NCBI GenBank assembly: GCA_000934665.2
Contig: KZ537957.1
Location: forward strand, 1-64,000
Length of the DNA: 64,000 bases
Reading direction: 5' to 3'
DNA from: Catajapyx aquilonaris
Taxonomy: Eukaryota
Shown here: positions 1-12,800 of the stretch, piece by piece
Layout: every line of letters starts with the position of its first letter
Position numbering within the stretch: the stretch's first letter is position 1
The notes under the pieces: generated by a model
What the model was told of the DNA's origin: nothing
Database searches by the model: none
What the model saw: the letters and a program-made list of their open reading frames with translations, nothing else
Program-made: the position numbers and the translations under genes

Positions 1-97
1 GCAGCTTCAGATTTTCTCGACCAATCAGAGACAAGCCCAGGGTGACTTGCACATGTAGTCGAATTTTCTGGTGTCAGACACCCACTATCACCCTACT

Positions 98-1290
98 CAC
101 GATGAGACCCAACGGAAGCTGGGTAGGAACAGTGGGATACATCCTGTCCGGGCAAGCACACGCAGGATTCGTCTATATCCTTTCCGATCAAGTAGTTCCG
201 TACGTGTCCGTACCTGCTCATCTGTACATCTACCACCTGACATTCGTCACTGCAGTGCCCAGAGTGCTCACTCCCTGGAGCGTGCTGTTCATGCCATTCA
301 CCCTCTCGGTCTGGGTGGCCCTAGGGGTTACCTGGGTCTTCTCGGGGGTGGTCCTCTGGAGGCTGATCCGCGCCTCTGGAGGGGGTCGGTACGGCTTGCG
401 GTCCACAATTACAGCCCTCTTCAAGATGCTGATCGAGCAGCCCCAGCTGATGCCTCCCCTGCCCACACCCCGCATCTTCGAAGGGACCATGGGTCTCATG
501 GCCATCGTGGTCACCTGCGCCTACTCCACCAAACTCCTCACCCTCCTGGCCCTGCCCTCAAAGGAGATCCTGCCCACCTCAATGGACCAGCTGCACCAGA
601 GATGGTACCACTGCCTCATCTCCTTCGCTTCTTCTCTTGCTGTCAGGCAGCTGACCTCAAACAACCCTACTCCACACTAGTCTGGTCAACGAGTCCTCTA
701 TTCTGCCCAGCACAGAGAGCTGCGTCGAGGAAGTCATCGACACCCGACACAAGGCCTGCCTGACATACAATTACTTCCTGGAGAACACCTTGGGAAATTA
801 CATGGACTCCAATGGGAAGAGCAGAATTCAGGTTGCTCCGGAGACAGCCTACAACATCTACGTGAGTATTGTGTACGACAAAGGCGCAGTCATGCAACCA
901 CGGTTGAAGTTTGTCAATGACGGGGTACAGGAGAGTGGGTTATTTGACCAATGGGGACGTGAAGAAGTCTTCCGAGCATTTGTACAACTTTTGAGATACC
1001 AACGCCAGGAAGGAAACATGATGGAAGAACAAGAGATCGAGGATGTCGTGATGGAGGAAAATATCTTGGTGGTCTTCTTCTTTTGGGCCGTCGCACTCTC
1101 CTTCACCGTTTTGGTTCTTATGGCGGAAATTTGTCACGGAAGAAAACGTGTGCAACGTGTTCAACCCTTGGCAGTTACTCCGATTACAGCGACAAAGGAA
1201 ACACCTCCAAGTCCACCGATACAAGACCCTACCCCACCTTGTGATCACACACTCCGTAGCTCTCATCTAGAGATATTAGATCATGCATAG
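98..1290 (+). pseudogene. Ionotropic receptor (divergent IR) copy 1; 5' part missing or displaced, frameshifted
   Basis: Colinear with copies 2 and 3 from ~98 (TMRPNGSWVGTVG) onward; bases 1-97 are unrelated to the paralogs. One extra base at ~669 (cctACtccac vs cctTtccac/cctGtccac) gives TAG at 678-680; the paralog-like protein continues in the next frame (ORF 790..1290). A 1-base deletion near 1245 alters the C-terminus. Confidence 0.8.
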
Positions 1291-2092
1291 TTATTGAAAT
1301 CTATTACTGAGACAAAAAATTATTCCACGGCATCTTGAGATGCATAGAAACTAAAGCAGTAGCCTGAGTTGAGAGGAGTCCATGATGATAATATTATAAT
1401 ATTTACTCTCTATGTATATACACTCCTTCGTCAAGCCCTTTTCGCTGAGAGTGAAAAGCTCTTAAAATATTCGCCTTCAAAGCTACAGTAGAACGACTAA
1501 ACTGTAGCATGTTATATCCATAGTGTAGGCTACTTCGCACTTGATTGAAATCAGCCTTTCACATGACTATCATCAGCGGCTATACACTTACAAGGAGAAA
1601 CCCTTACCGTCGTACGAGTACAGTCATAGCCTATAATATTTATTATAACTTATTTAGCAAATGTTCACGCTACTGACTACTCTTGACAGAATTGCTCTGC
1701 CAGTTGTCCCAGTGCCGTAGTTCTGAAGGGACAATGTCGCTCTCAAATGTGAGTGTGTTTTAACGCGTAGCATGCACATCTACGAGCTCGTAAGCAAGCT
1801 ACTTCCGGAAGCAGATTGCTTTCGAAGTTAGTCGCCTGTTTTTTTTCTGAATACAAAAATTGCTTTAATGATAGATATCATTGAGGGGGACACCAAAGGT
1901 AACAGCACCCCTCGCGATTTGTCAGAATTTTTAATCATCCAGCAAGATAGCGTGACTATTACGTAGTGAGTGTATTTGACACTCTAATTACACGTATATG
2001 GTAATGCCAAGAGTCTGATTACTAAATAATGAAGCGGCAACGAGTGTGTGAATCGACCTGTTTCTTAAACAACACAGGGCTCTGCTGCGGCG

Positions 2093-4272
2093 ATGTTGCT
2101 CTTATTAGTGTTGAGTCTTTTAAACACCTGTCTCGGGCATCAAGTCGCGCTTCTTCCGGAAGCTGAAGATGATGTGTTGCTTTCAAAGTTGGTTGGGGAG
2201 ATACTGGAAGACGCCAGATTCGCGGAGTGTTCCCTGGTGGTGTCCTACGGGGACGATGAGGAGGCGAAGAAGAAGAGCGCCTTCGGTCGAGCTTTGTCCG
2301 ACCTTTTGAAGCAGCAGCATTACCATCAGAGGAGGAGATCGAAGGGGTACCGCACCCGTGTCACCCTGAGCACCACGGGGCACAACAAACCCCGTGTCCG
2401 CCCCTGGAGCGAGTACCTGGGTCTGACTGGCCCCCACCAGCTGCACTCCTTCACCTCCATCCCTCCGGAGGCCACCTCCCGCCTCTGGACAGGGTCCTCC
2501 TGCGCCCTCAACCTCTTCGTGGCCACCTCTCCTCGCACACTGCCACACCAGGTCCTGAAGGCAGTCGGGACTGTCCGGATCAGAAACCTGGACGACCACT
2601 TCGTCCTGCACTTCAGGAATCTCTCTGGTCAGGAGGGGGACAAGGACCTCCTCAAGGCGCATCCAGCCAAGGGAATTCGATTCAAAGTCATCTCCAGGTG
2701 GGTCTAACTTTGGATTTCAAGTCATGATGGAGATAAAGTGTCAACATCAGTAATTGTAATTTTAAAAATCCTTGCCTTTTCCTAAGGTATCGCGAAGTGA
2801 AGAAATCGCTTGAACTGGAGACGATATGTTTCTACTGCGATGAAGGAAACCCACATTGGTTGCCTCTAGGCCACTATCCTGCCGAAGTCACCGTTCACGA
2901 TATGTATCCGGACACTTCAAAAGATATGCATGGCCAATATCTGAGGTTCGTGCATATGGAATTTGTTGACACGAAACAGGCAAGGATTACCTTGAGGACA
3001 CACGGTTACCATTATCTCTCCAGGCTGGAAAAAGGAAGTCTGCATGTGGAAGATGCCATGAATGCAAATTTCAAATACATAGCACCAGAAATCACAGAAG
3101 AACATTGGGACACGATGCGACCGAACGGAAGCTGGGTAGGAACAGTCGGATACATCCTGTCCGGGCAAGCAGACGAAGGATTCGTCTACATCCTTTCCGA
3201 TCAAGTAATTCCGTACGTGTCCGTACCTGCCCATCTGTTCATCTACTACCTGACCTTCGTTACTGCAGTGCCTAGAGTGCTCACTCCCTGGAGCGTGCTG
3301 TTCAAGCCATTCACCCTCCCGGCCTGGGTGGCCCTAGGGGTTACCTGGGTCTTCTCGGGGGTGGTCCTCTGGAGACTGATCCGCGCCTCTGGAGGAAGTC
3401 GGTACGGCCTGGGGTCCACAATTGCAGCTCTCCTCAAGATGCTGATCGAGCAGCCCCAGCTGATGCCTCCCCTGCCCACACCCCGTATCTTCGAAGGGAT
3501 CATGGATCTGATGGGCATCGTGGTCACCTGCGCCTACTCCACCAAACTCCTCACCCTCCTGGCCCTGCCCTCAAAGGAGATCCTGCCCACCTCCATGGAC
3601 CAGCTGCACCAGAGAGGGTACCAGTGCCTCATCTCCTTCGCTTCCTCTCTGGCTGTCAGGCAATTGACCTCAAACAACCCTTTCCACACTAGTCTGGTCA
3701 ACAAGTCTTCTATTCTGCCCAGCACAGAGAGCTGCGTCGAGGAAGTCATCGACACCCGACACAAGGCCTGCCTGACATACAATTACTTCCTGGAGACCAT
3801 CTTGGGAAATTACATGGACTCCAATGGGAAGAGCAGAGTGCAGGTGGCTCCGGAGGCAGCGTACAACATATACGTAAGTCTTGTGTACGACAAAGGCGGA
3901 GTCATGCAACCACGATTGAAATTTGTTCACAAAGTGATGCAGGAGAGTGGGTTATTTGACCAATGGGGACGTGAAGACGTCCTCCAAGCATTTGTACAAC
4001 TTTTGAGAGAACAACGCCAGGAAGGAAACATGATAGAAGATCAAGAGATCGAGGATGTCGTGATGGTGGAAAATATCTTGGTGGTCTTCTTCTTTTGGGC
4101 CGTCGCACTCTCCTTCACTGTTTTGGTTTTTATGGCGGAAATTTGTCACGGAAGAAAACGTGTGCAACGTGTTCAACCCTTGGCAGTTACTCCGATTACA
4201 GCGACAAAGGAAACACCTCCAAGTCCACCGATACAAGATCCTACCCCACTTTCTGAGACACACACTCCGTAG
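2093..4272 (+). CDS. Ionotropic receptor (variant iGluR family, divergent IR) copy 2, 696 aa; exons 2093-2697, 2787-4272
   Basis: Signal-peptide-like N-terminus (MLLLLVLSLLNTCLG). An 89-nt GT-AG intron (AG|gtgggt...cctaag|G) joins the two ORFs in frame. S1 motif NGSWVGTVGYILSGQADEG; KPFT followed by TM1; AYSTKLLTLLALP (SYTANL-equivalent helix); ESGLFDQW at the end of S2; final TM ENILVVFFFWAVALSFTVLVFMAEI. Confidence 0.88.
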
Positions 4273-5101
4273 CTCTCATCTAGAGATAAGTACTACTTGA
4301 TCACGCATACTATTATAATGTCTCATTGAGGCAACAAATTATTCCATGGCATCTTGAGACGCAGTAGCCTGTATTGAGAGGAATGCATGATGAGCAAAGC
4401 ATAGATAATATTTAAAATTTTAGTCTCCGCGTAGACACACTCATTCTGCAAGCCCCTTTTCGATGAGAGCGAAAAACTTACTTTTTCGTAAAATATTTGC
4501 CTTCAAACCTACAACGTAATAATACAACAAACTCAACTGTAGCATACACTATCCACACTGTAGGCTACTACTTCATTGAAAGCAGCCTTACACAATCATG
4601 ACTCTCATCAGCGTAAAAGCTGCACTTATGAGAACGCCCTACAGTATATCGTAGTATGTGATGTCATATATAACTTATCCAGTAAATGGCTATGGCATTG
4701 ACTATTCTTGACAGAATTGCTCTGCCAGTTGTCACAGTGCTTTTCTGAAGGGACAATGTCGCGCTCGAATGTCAGTGTCTTTTTCGTAGCATGGACATCT
4801 ACAAGCTCGAAACAAGCTACTTCTGGAAACAGACGATATCTTGCTCCCAAAGTTAGTAGACAGTTTTTTACTGAAGACAAAAATTGCTTTTAATGAGCTA
4901 TATCATATTTTGGGGGACAACAAAGGTAACAGCTGCACCCTCACGATTTGTCAGGACTTTTAAATCACCGAGCAATGTATTTGACACTAATTATATGGGA
5001 CCGCCAAGAGTCTGATTACTAAATAATGAAGCAGCCGCAATGAATGTGTGAATCGACCTGTTTCTACCACAGAACACTAAATAACACAGTGTTCTGCTGC
5101 G

Positions 5102-7314
5102 ATGATGTTCCTCATTATAGTGTTGAGTCTTTTAAACACCTGTCTCGGACATCAAGTCGCGCTTCTTCCGGAAGCTGAAGAAGATGTGTTGCTTTCAAAG
5201 TTGGTTGGGGAGATACTGGAAGATGCTAGATTCGAACAGTGTTCCCTGATGGTGTCCTACGGGGACGATGAGGAGGCGAAGAAGAAGAGCGGCTCCGGTC
5301 GAGCCTTGTCCGACCTTTTGAAGCAGCAGCATCACCATCAGAGGAGGAAGTCGATGGGGTACCGCACCCGTGTCACCCTGAGCACCACGGGGCACAACCA
5401 GCCACGTGTCCGCCCCTGGAGCGAGTACCTGGGTCTGACTGGCCCCCACCAGCTGCACTCCTTCACCTCAATCCCCCCGGAGGCCACCTCCCGCCTCTGG
5501 ACAGGGTCCTCCTGCGCCCTCAACCTCTTCGTGGCCACCTCTCCTCGCACCCTGCCACACCAGGTCCTGCAGGCTGTCGGGACTGTCCAGATCAGGAACC
5601 TGGACGACCACTTCGTCCTGCACTTCAGGAATCTCTCTGGTCAGGAGGGGGACAAGGACCTCCTCAAGATGCATCCAGCCCAGGGCATTCGATTCAAAGT
5701 CATCTCCAGGTGGGTCTAACTTTGGATTTCAAGTCATGATGGATATCAAGTGTCAACATCAGTAATATTGTAATTTTAAAGAACCCTTGCTTTTTCCTAA
5801 GGTATTGCGAAGTGAAGAAATCGCTTGAACTGGAGGCGATATGTTTCTACTGCAATGAAGGAAACCCAAATTGGCTGCCTCTAGGACACTACCCTGCCGA
5901 AGTCACTGTTCACGATATGTACCCCGACACTTCAAAAGATATGCATGGCCATGATCTGAGGTTCGTGCATATGGACTTTGTTGACACGAAACAGGCAAGG
6001 ATCCACCTGAAGTACTACGGTTACCAGCATCTCTCCAGGCTGGAAAAAGGATGTCTGCATGTGGAAGATGCCTTGAATGCAAATGTCAAATACATAGCAC
6101 CAGAAATCACAGAAGAAAATTGGGATACGATGCGACCGAACGGAAGCTGGGTAGGAACAGTCGGATACATCCTGTCCGGGCAAGCAGATGAAGGCTTCGT
6201 CTACATCCTTTCCGATCAAGTAGTTCCGTACGTGTCTGTACCTGCCCATCTGTTCATCTACCACCTGACCTTCGTCACTGCAGTGCCCAAAGTGCACACT
6301 CGCTGGAGCGTGCTATACAAGCCATTCACCCTCTCGGCCTGGGTGGCCCTCGGGGTCACCTGGGTCTTCTCGGGAGTGGTCATGTGGAGGCTGATCCGCG
6401 CCTCTGGAGGGGGTCAATACAGCCTGGGATCCACTACGGCAGCCCTCTTCAAGATGCTGATCGAGCAGCCCCAGCTGATGCCTCCCCTGCCCACACCCCG
6501 CATCTTCGAAGGGACCATGGGTCTCATGGCCATCGTGGTCACCTGCGCCTACTCCACCAAGCTCCTCACCCTCCTGGCCCTGCCCTCAAAGGAGATCCTG
6601 CCCACCTCCATGGACCAGCTGCACCAGAGAGGCTATCAGTGCCTCATCTCCTTCGCTTCCTCTCTTGCTGTCAGGCAGCTGACCTCAAACAACCCTGTCC
6701 ACACTAGTCTGGTCAACGAGTCCTCTATTCTGCCCAGCACAGAGAGCTGCCTGGATGAAGTCATCGACACCCGACACAAGGCCTGCCTGACATACAATTA
6801 CTTCCTGGAGAACACCTTGGGAAATTACATGGATTCCGACGGGAAGAGCAGAGTCCAGGTGGCTCCGGAGGCAGCCTACAACATCTACGTGAGTATTGTG
6901 TACGACAAAGGCGGAGTCATGCAACCAAGGTTGAATTTTGTCAATGACATGATGCAGGAGAGTGGGTTATTTGACCAATGGGGACGTGATGACTCCTACC
7001 GAGCCTTCACAGAACTTCTGAATCTCCGACGACATCAAGGAAACATGATGATAAATCAAGAGATAGAGGATGTCGTGATGGTAGAAAATATCTTGGTGGT
7101 CTTCGTCTTTTGGGCCATCGCACTCTCCTTCACTCTTTTGGTTTTTATGGCGGAAATTTGTCACGGAAGAAAACGTGTGCAACGTGTTCAACCCTTGGCA
7201 GTTAGGCCTACTCCTATTACATCGACAGAGGAAACACCACCAAGGCCACCGTTACAAGATCCTACATTACTTTGCGAGCCACACACTCCGTCGCTCTCAT
7301 CAATAGATATTTGA
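5102..7314 (+). CDS. Ionotropic receptor (divergent IR) copy 3, 706 aa; exons 5102-5709, 5802-7314
   Basis: Same architecture and intron position as copy 2 (92-nt intron 5710-5801); the frame is open throughout and the same motifs are present. Confidence 0.88.
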
Positions 7315-9825
7315 TCTCACTTAGCTATTAAAATCCCTTACACATCTTTTCATGGATCGAGTATCTTGAAACACGCAGGAAACATAGCTTATAGGAATAT
7401 AGCCTATTGTTTGGAATCCAAGATATGCAAAGGAGATGAAAGCATAGATATAGCGTAAAGTAAACAATCACCATACTTCACTTAACACAAATGGAAATGT
7501 ACTGTTATACATATTGAGGTATATGTTATGTGTACTTAGCTTCATGTGTCTGTTTTTGAGCTGTTAGTTGTTAGTCAAAGATTTAAAAAAAAAAAAAAAA
7601 TCTCAGCAGTTCCTTATTCATGTGCATTCTTGCTCAAGTGAAATACAATCCTGCAGACTACTTGGATATGATATGGGGAAATTTCGACTCCAGTCGCTAT
7701 GATGCTAAAATAATTAATGGTACACTTTCTGTGAGCACGACACAGAGCTGGAAAAGCTGCTAATCAGATTTCTGTTTCTGTACATATTACAGTCCTGCAA
7801 TAGTTGGCAGCTCCACACTTGACCCATACTGCATATTACATGCCAGAGGCATGTGGGGTAGAAAACGATCGGTGAAGGAAATGTGGTGACCTTCACCTTC
7901 GCATGACGCCACATTATAAACGGCAATGGCAATAGCATTGGGACACTACACCTGCTATGTCTATAGCAGAAGAAATTGCAATTCCTATTAAAATGTGTTG
8001 CAAACTCAAACCTTCTCTTAATTTGACTAATCCTCAATTGCATAATGATAAACTCTAAACAATATTAATTTAACTCTAGTGTATGGAAAACTTGTTCTGG
8101 ATGAACCTCATTTATACACTGGTCCTATAGGTGTACTAATGCTACATAGTCTAAATCTCATTACCTTGGTGTATCAAGGATTCAATACTGGGAGGAGTTG
8201 AATCCTTGTACTGCCTCCCTCCAGATAGCACTTTCATACTGATCCAGCTCACCTTCAGTCTAGACACAGCTTGCAAGCCAAGTAAAATGCAGCATAAGTG
8301 ATTATTACAAATGCACCATTTGATTATTTTTCTCTGCCACCTTGCCTAATGGGGACAGAATTTCATTTGTCAAATGTCTGTACCTCCTTACAAGCTGCCA
8401 AAGGAATTTGATCTATCTTATCTACTCTGGGTGGAAAAGGCAGTCACAAAAAATTGTTAATATTGTAATTTATTTATTTACTAGTAGTAATGATAATGTT
8501 GTTGTGGGTTTATTGTCCTCCTAATAAAGTTCGTGGGCCCCAGTGGAGGTGCCCAATTGATGGCAATTATTCCCATGTGTGGTCCAATATGGCAGCTGCT
8601 AAATACGTATATTGGACACCTTGACTGCAGCATATTGTTCAAATGTTAAACAATTTGTAAGGATATTAATTAACTCCAATGTTGCACAGTACATAACCAA
8701 ATGTGCATTAATTTGCATTACCTGTAATAAAATGGTTCCCTCCATTTTAAGTAAAACCAGAAGATGCTTAAGGCAAACTTTAATCCTTAATGTAAACACC
8801 TCTGTACAGTCCTCTTGAAGCACTTTGTACAAGAAAAAGAAAGTGGAAGGGGCAGAAAAATGCACTGCCTTCAACGCCACATACAAAAAAAAGGGGGTTC
8901 CATATTAATCAACAGAAAATTGTGACGTTCTGTTGCGACTTGTTAGCATCAATCAGCCCAGACATTAACTTATGACATTTACAGAGTAACTGCTCACAGT
9001 TGCACTTCCTGTTGGTGTATCACCATCACTAAAAACAACCAAACTCACACTATTCGTAAGCTAAGGTAATCACTGGAGGAAAGGAAATCCACCCTTGCAC
9101 ACTCGCTTGTATTACAAAACAGATGAACCCAAATAAAATACAGGAACTAAACTTCCAAGCATCTGTTCCAACCACTCACACTGTAACCAAAAAGAAACCA
9201 AAGAAAATAACCAAAAAAAATCTGGCATAAAATTGTGGCAGGTCCCCTCATCCTGAGGCAATTGTATGAGTCAGTGATAAATGTCTTTCCCTTTGGAATA
9301 ATTGTGGGCTCTTACATCAGTCTTCCAGCACGCTTCCCAGGGACGACGGCCAGGCAAGTATCATGTGACAGGCTTGCAGCCAGCACTAACTGCTCCAGTT
9401 CTCAAAACAAGCATCTGCCCTTGAGGCAGAAAGTCAAAACTCCAACACTGCATTGGTAGCACACCTGTCACATGACATCTTGCTGTGCACGACACACCCT
9501 AAAAATTAGTTAGAGATGCAGACCTGTTTGCCCAATGTCTGTTTCATTTTATCAACACTTGCATGAACCAAACACACTGTGGCTCCATTATCCGCAAGTC
9601 GCACTTCATGCACAGATTGCCCTCCCCCCCCCCCCCTTACCCCCATTATTCTTGAAATATTCGGACACTGATAAGTGTAATAATTCAACTGTCACTTTAA
9701 AAACACTGGCCAAGCTGGCTCACTTTGCACGAAAATCGTCATCACTAATGTCACTCGTGCTTTCTCCTTCCGTTTTTATTCTTTTAATATATACATGAAA
9801 GAAATAAGTTCCCCCGGCACAGCCA

Positions 9826-12800
9826 TTACGCAACATACGTGTATACTTTCCTGTAAAGTAAGACAACAGGGTCTCAGTAACACTGGCACAATTTTTGTAT
9901 GAGCAGATGTGTGGCACTCACCTGTCTTCAGGAGTCCTTGCCAAGTATTCCCTCTCAATGAGCCCCTCTATCCTCTTTTTGATCACTATGGGAGACGGAA
10001 GAAACCTGCTCTTGAGCTGCTCTGTTATCTCCGCGACAAGCATGTTGTGCTGTAAGGGAAAGGATGGAATAAGAAGTGGAACCATCGACATAAGACAACT
10101 GTACACATTCTTCAGATAACACAATTGGTGATAACTGCTGCCAAAAATTCAAATTAAATCAACATGTGTGCATTTATGAAATTGGTCACCCTGTGAAATG
10201 GCCTACACCTGATGTCAAGGGGACATGGACTAACCTGCATGCGTTTCCGAGCCTTCATGATGCGCACAATGGCAGCCTCAATCTCATGCTTCCTGTCCTC
10301 ATCAACCTTGTTGCGAGTCTCTCGCCTCTCTGGCTCTGACTCACCCTTGGCAGCGACTGTCTGAATTTTCACTCTGTATACAGGACAAGGCCATTAGCAT
10401 TCCATTACAACTGATATGTTAGTGCAGTGACTGTTTCACCTGTGGAGCCGGGAGCTGAAGGAGTCATTCACAAAGAACTCATGCATAGGCTCAATCTCCT
10501 TCGTCTTGGGATTCTTCATAAGGATCCTCTGGGTGGCCTTCCCCATGGCTAGGGACTGCAAGGCACGAATCAGGTCCCGCTCCTGGATGTCCGTTTCATT
10601 CTGGATTTCCTGTGAACACAAAAATGGGACAATTAATACCACCATCTCCCAATATCACTCTACTCTACGAATTGCCCAATGGTATCGTAATGGCAGATAT
10701 TTTTCTTACTACCTGGTGATGGAGAGCTACAAAAAAACCGACAGAAGCCAGCATTATTTTATTGCACCTCTGTCACCTAACCCACGAATAGAACTCAGGG
10801 ATTCAAAGACAGAAGAGTGTGATCAAACCACCTCTGCCGTCCTGCTGCCCCATCCCGTTTAAGAACATGCACGAATGTGGTGGGTAGTGAAAATACCTGG
10901 TTATTTGATTTTCGTTTTGGTTCCCAAGTGCCATTGCACCTTAGATGTGAGAGTCTGCTGTCACGTGCCTGTATCTAATGTAGTCTCTCCTGACCTCTTT
11001 AACTTGCTTCTAACCCAAAGTAATGGTAACATTTGAATTTTGCATAACAATTCCAGAATTACACTACCACAAAAATATATTATACTGCATAAGACAAGTC
11101 GCTATGAAACAAAATGAAGAGCTGAGTAGGTTGCTGATTCCTCTAGTGCTGAAGCCTATCTCTAATTTTGACTTGCTATTTGGGCCAAATAGCACAAGGA
11201 GTTGTTACTACCTCATGATTCTCCTTATCCCAGCGCAATTCGTCAACAGTTCTGCATAGACAAGTAACCTTTCAACCTGTGACGTTTCCAGTACTAGTTG
11301 CAGGTACAGTCTACAATGCAAAGCAATATGCAAAGGGGGGATGAGGGTCACAGCTTGTGAGGCCGCCATTATCGAGCCACTTGTGGCACAACATGGCAGT
11401 TTGAAAGTGTCACCTGATTTCATCTCACCTCATATGTGAGCCTTTCTCTATTGTTGAACAGCATGAGGATGCACATCTGGTAGGTGGACACTTGTATTAT
11501 GTGCTTGCGGGTGCCAGAGGGTCCTTGTTGACTTGGTGAGGTTGCCACAAGTGTGGATGAGCTTGCCCCATCCCTCCCCTCCCCTTCCTCCCTGCGAGGG
11601 CCGTAGAAAACAGCATTGAGATCAGCCGAGCCCAGCTGAGGTTGTAGCGTCAGCTGCCTGCCACTGTGCTTTGCCAGATAAAACCTGCAATCAAAATCAG
11701 ATAGCAGTAGTGTTTTGTTAATTAGGTACCCCAATTCTATCTGTTTATACAACACCATGTCTGCAAGGACATTGAAAGGATTTGAATTTTTCTATCGTTT
11801 GGCAGGTCAAATCCACCAAATTCACTACAATGAAGAGTAATATTGGCCACTGCTTCACAGGGTGAACGAGACTCCCTCCAAACAACCCACCATGGTAACT
11901 GCAGGCAATTAGAGGCCCATTATGTCCATGTATTGTCATGCCATGCATGATATCTGAGTGTCAAACACACAGCATGACAACTCTGCATCCTGCTGAGCCA
12001 CTAATCATCATCAGTTATACTGTCGAGGGATAAGGACGCGTTTTAGGGCGTGGTAAGTTCCCTACCCTTTCTCCACAAGCCCCACCGGGCTCAATGCATT
12101 TCACATGGGAAGACGATTGGGACGGGAATAAGTCTCGTCTCCCTCTCCATCCCCATCCCCCCCCCCGGATCATAGAGGAATTGCACAACTTTTGTACCAC
12201 CCTATACAGTATATTTAATGTGTCACAAGTGGACCACAATATTAACATGATATCGGAAAAAACCAGCCAAGCTCAAGAAAGACGGGAGGCCACCACTCAC
12301 CTTTTGAAAGCATCAAACGCATTCCGTGGCGCAGAAGGTATGTTACAGTTGGTTTTGGCACTGTGAGTGGGCCAAAACCCAGTTGTTAAGACCCGTACGC
12401 TCAAGTCCACTCCGTACAAGTTTGTCTGCAGGAAAGTGATAGGAAATTCGTCATACACAAGTGACTCGGCCAACACTAAGCCTCATCCATTAAACAGCAA
12501 ATTACGTACCCCTGATGAAGTTACGTGCTGCTTGAACTCATCCATAATAGTGTTTGAAATGTTCATATCTTTAAACATGCCTTCAAGCTTTGAAGTGAAT
12601 TGGCAACCACATTCAGTCTGTAAAAAAATAGCCTTTATTAATACTGAGTCCTTCACAGGTTATACAAGTGGAAAGAGGGAACATGGGAAAGGGGATGGGG
12701 GAAGAGTTCCAAGGTTCAAATCACCTTCAGTTTGGAGATCATATTCTTTTCACAGTCGTCGCTCACTGACTTGTTTAGCAGGAGGCGCTTGGCCAGGTGC

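Larger units (their letters stand above)
98..7330 (+). repeat. Tandem segmental repeat, ~3.0 kb period, including the intergenic spacer
   Basis: Spacers 1291-2092 and 4273-5101 align along their length (e.g. ttgacagaattgctctgccagttgtc, gagtctgattactaaataatgaagc, gtgtgaatcgacctgtttct), as do the coding regions. Confidence 0.93.

Noticed and set aside
71..6924. Overlapping alternative-frame and antisense ORFs across the IR genes
   Set aside because: Shadows of GC-rich coding sequence, repeated only because the locus is duplicated.
7714..7735. Minus-strand cag|AAAGTGTACCATTAA (KVYH*) resembling an alternative last Cul3 exon
   Set aside because: After the phase-2 donor at 9922 it would be read out of frame; the true terminal exon is 9850-9826.
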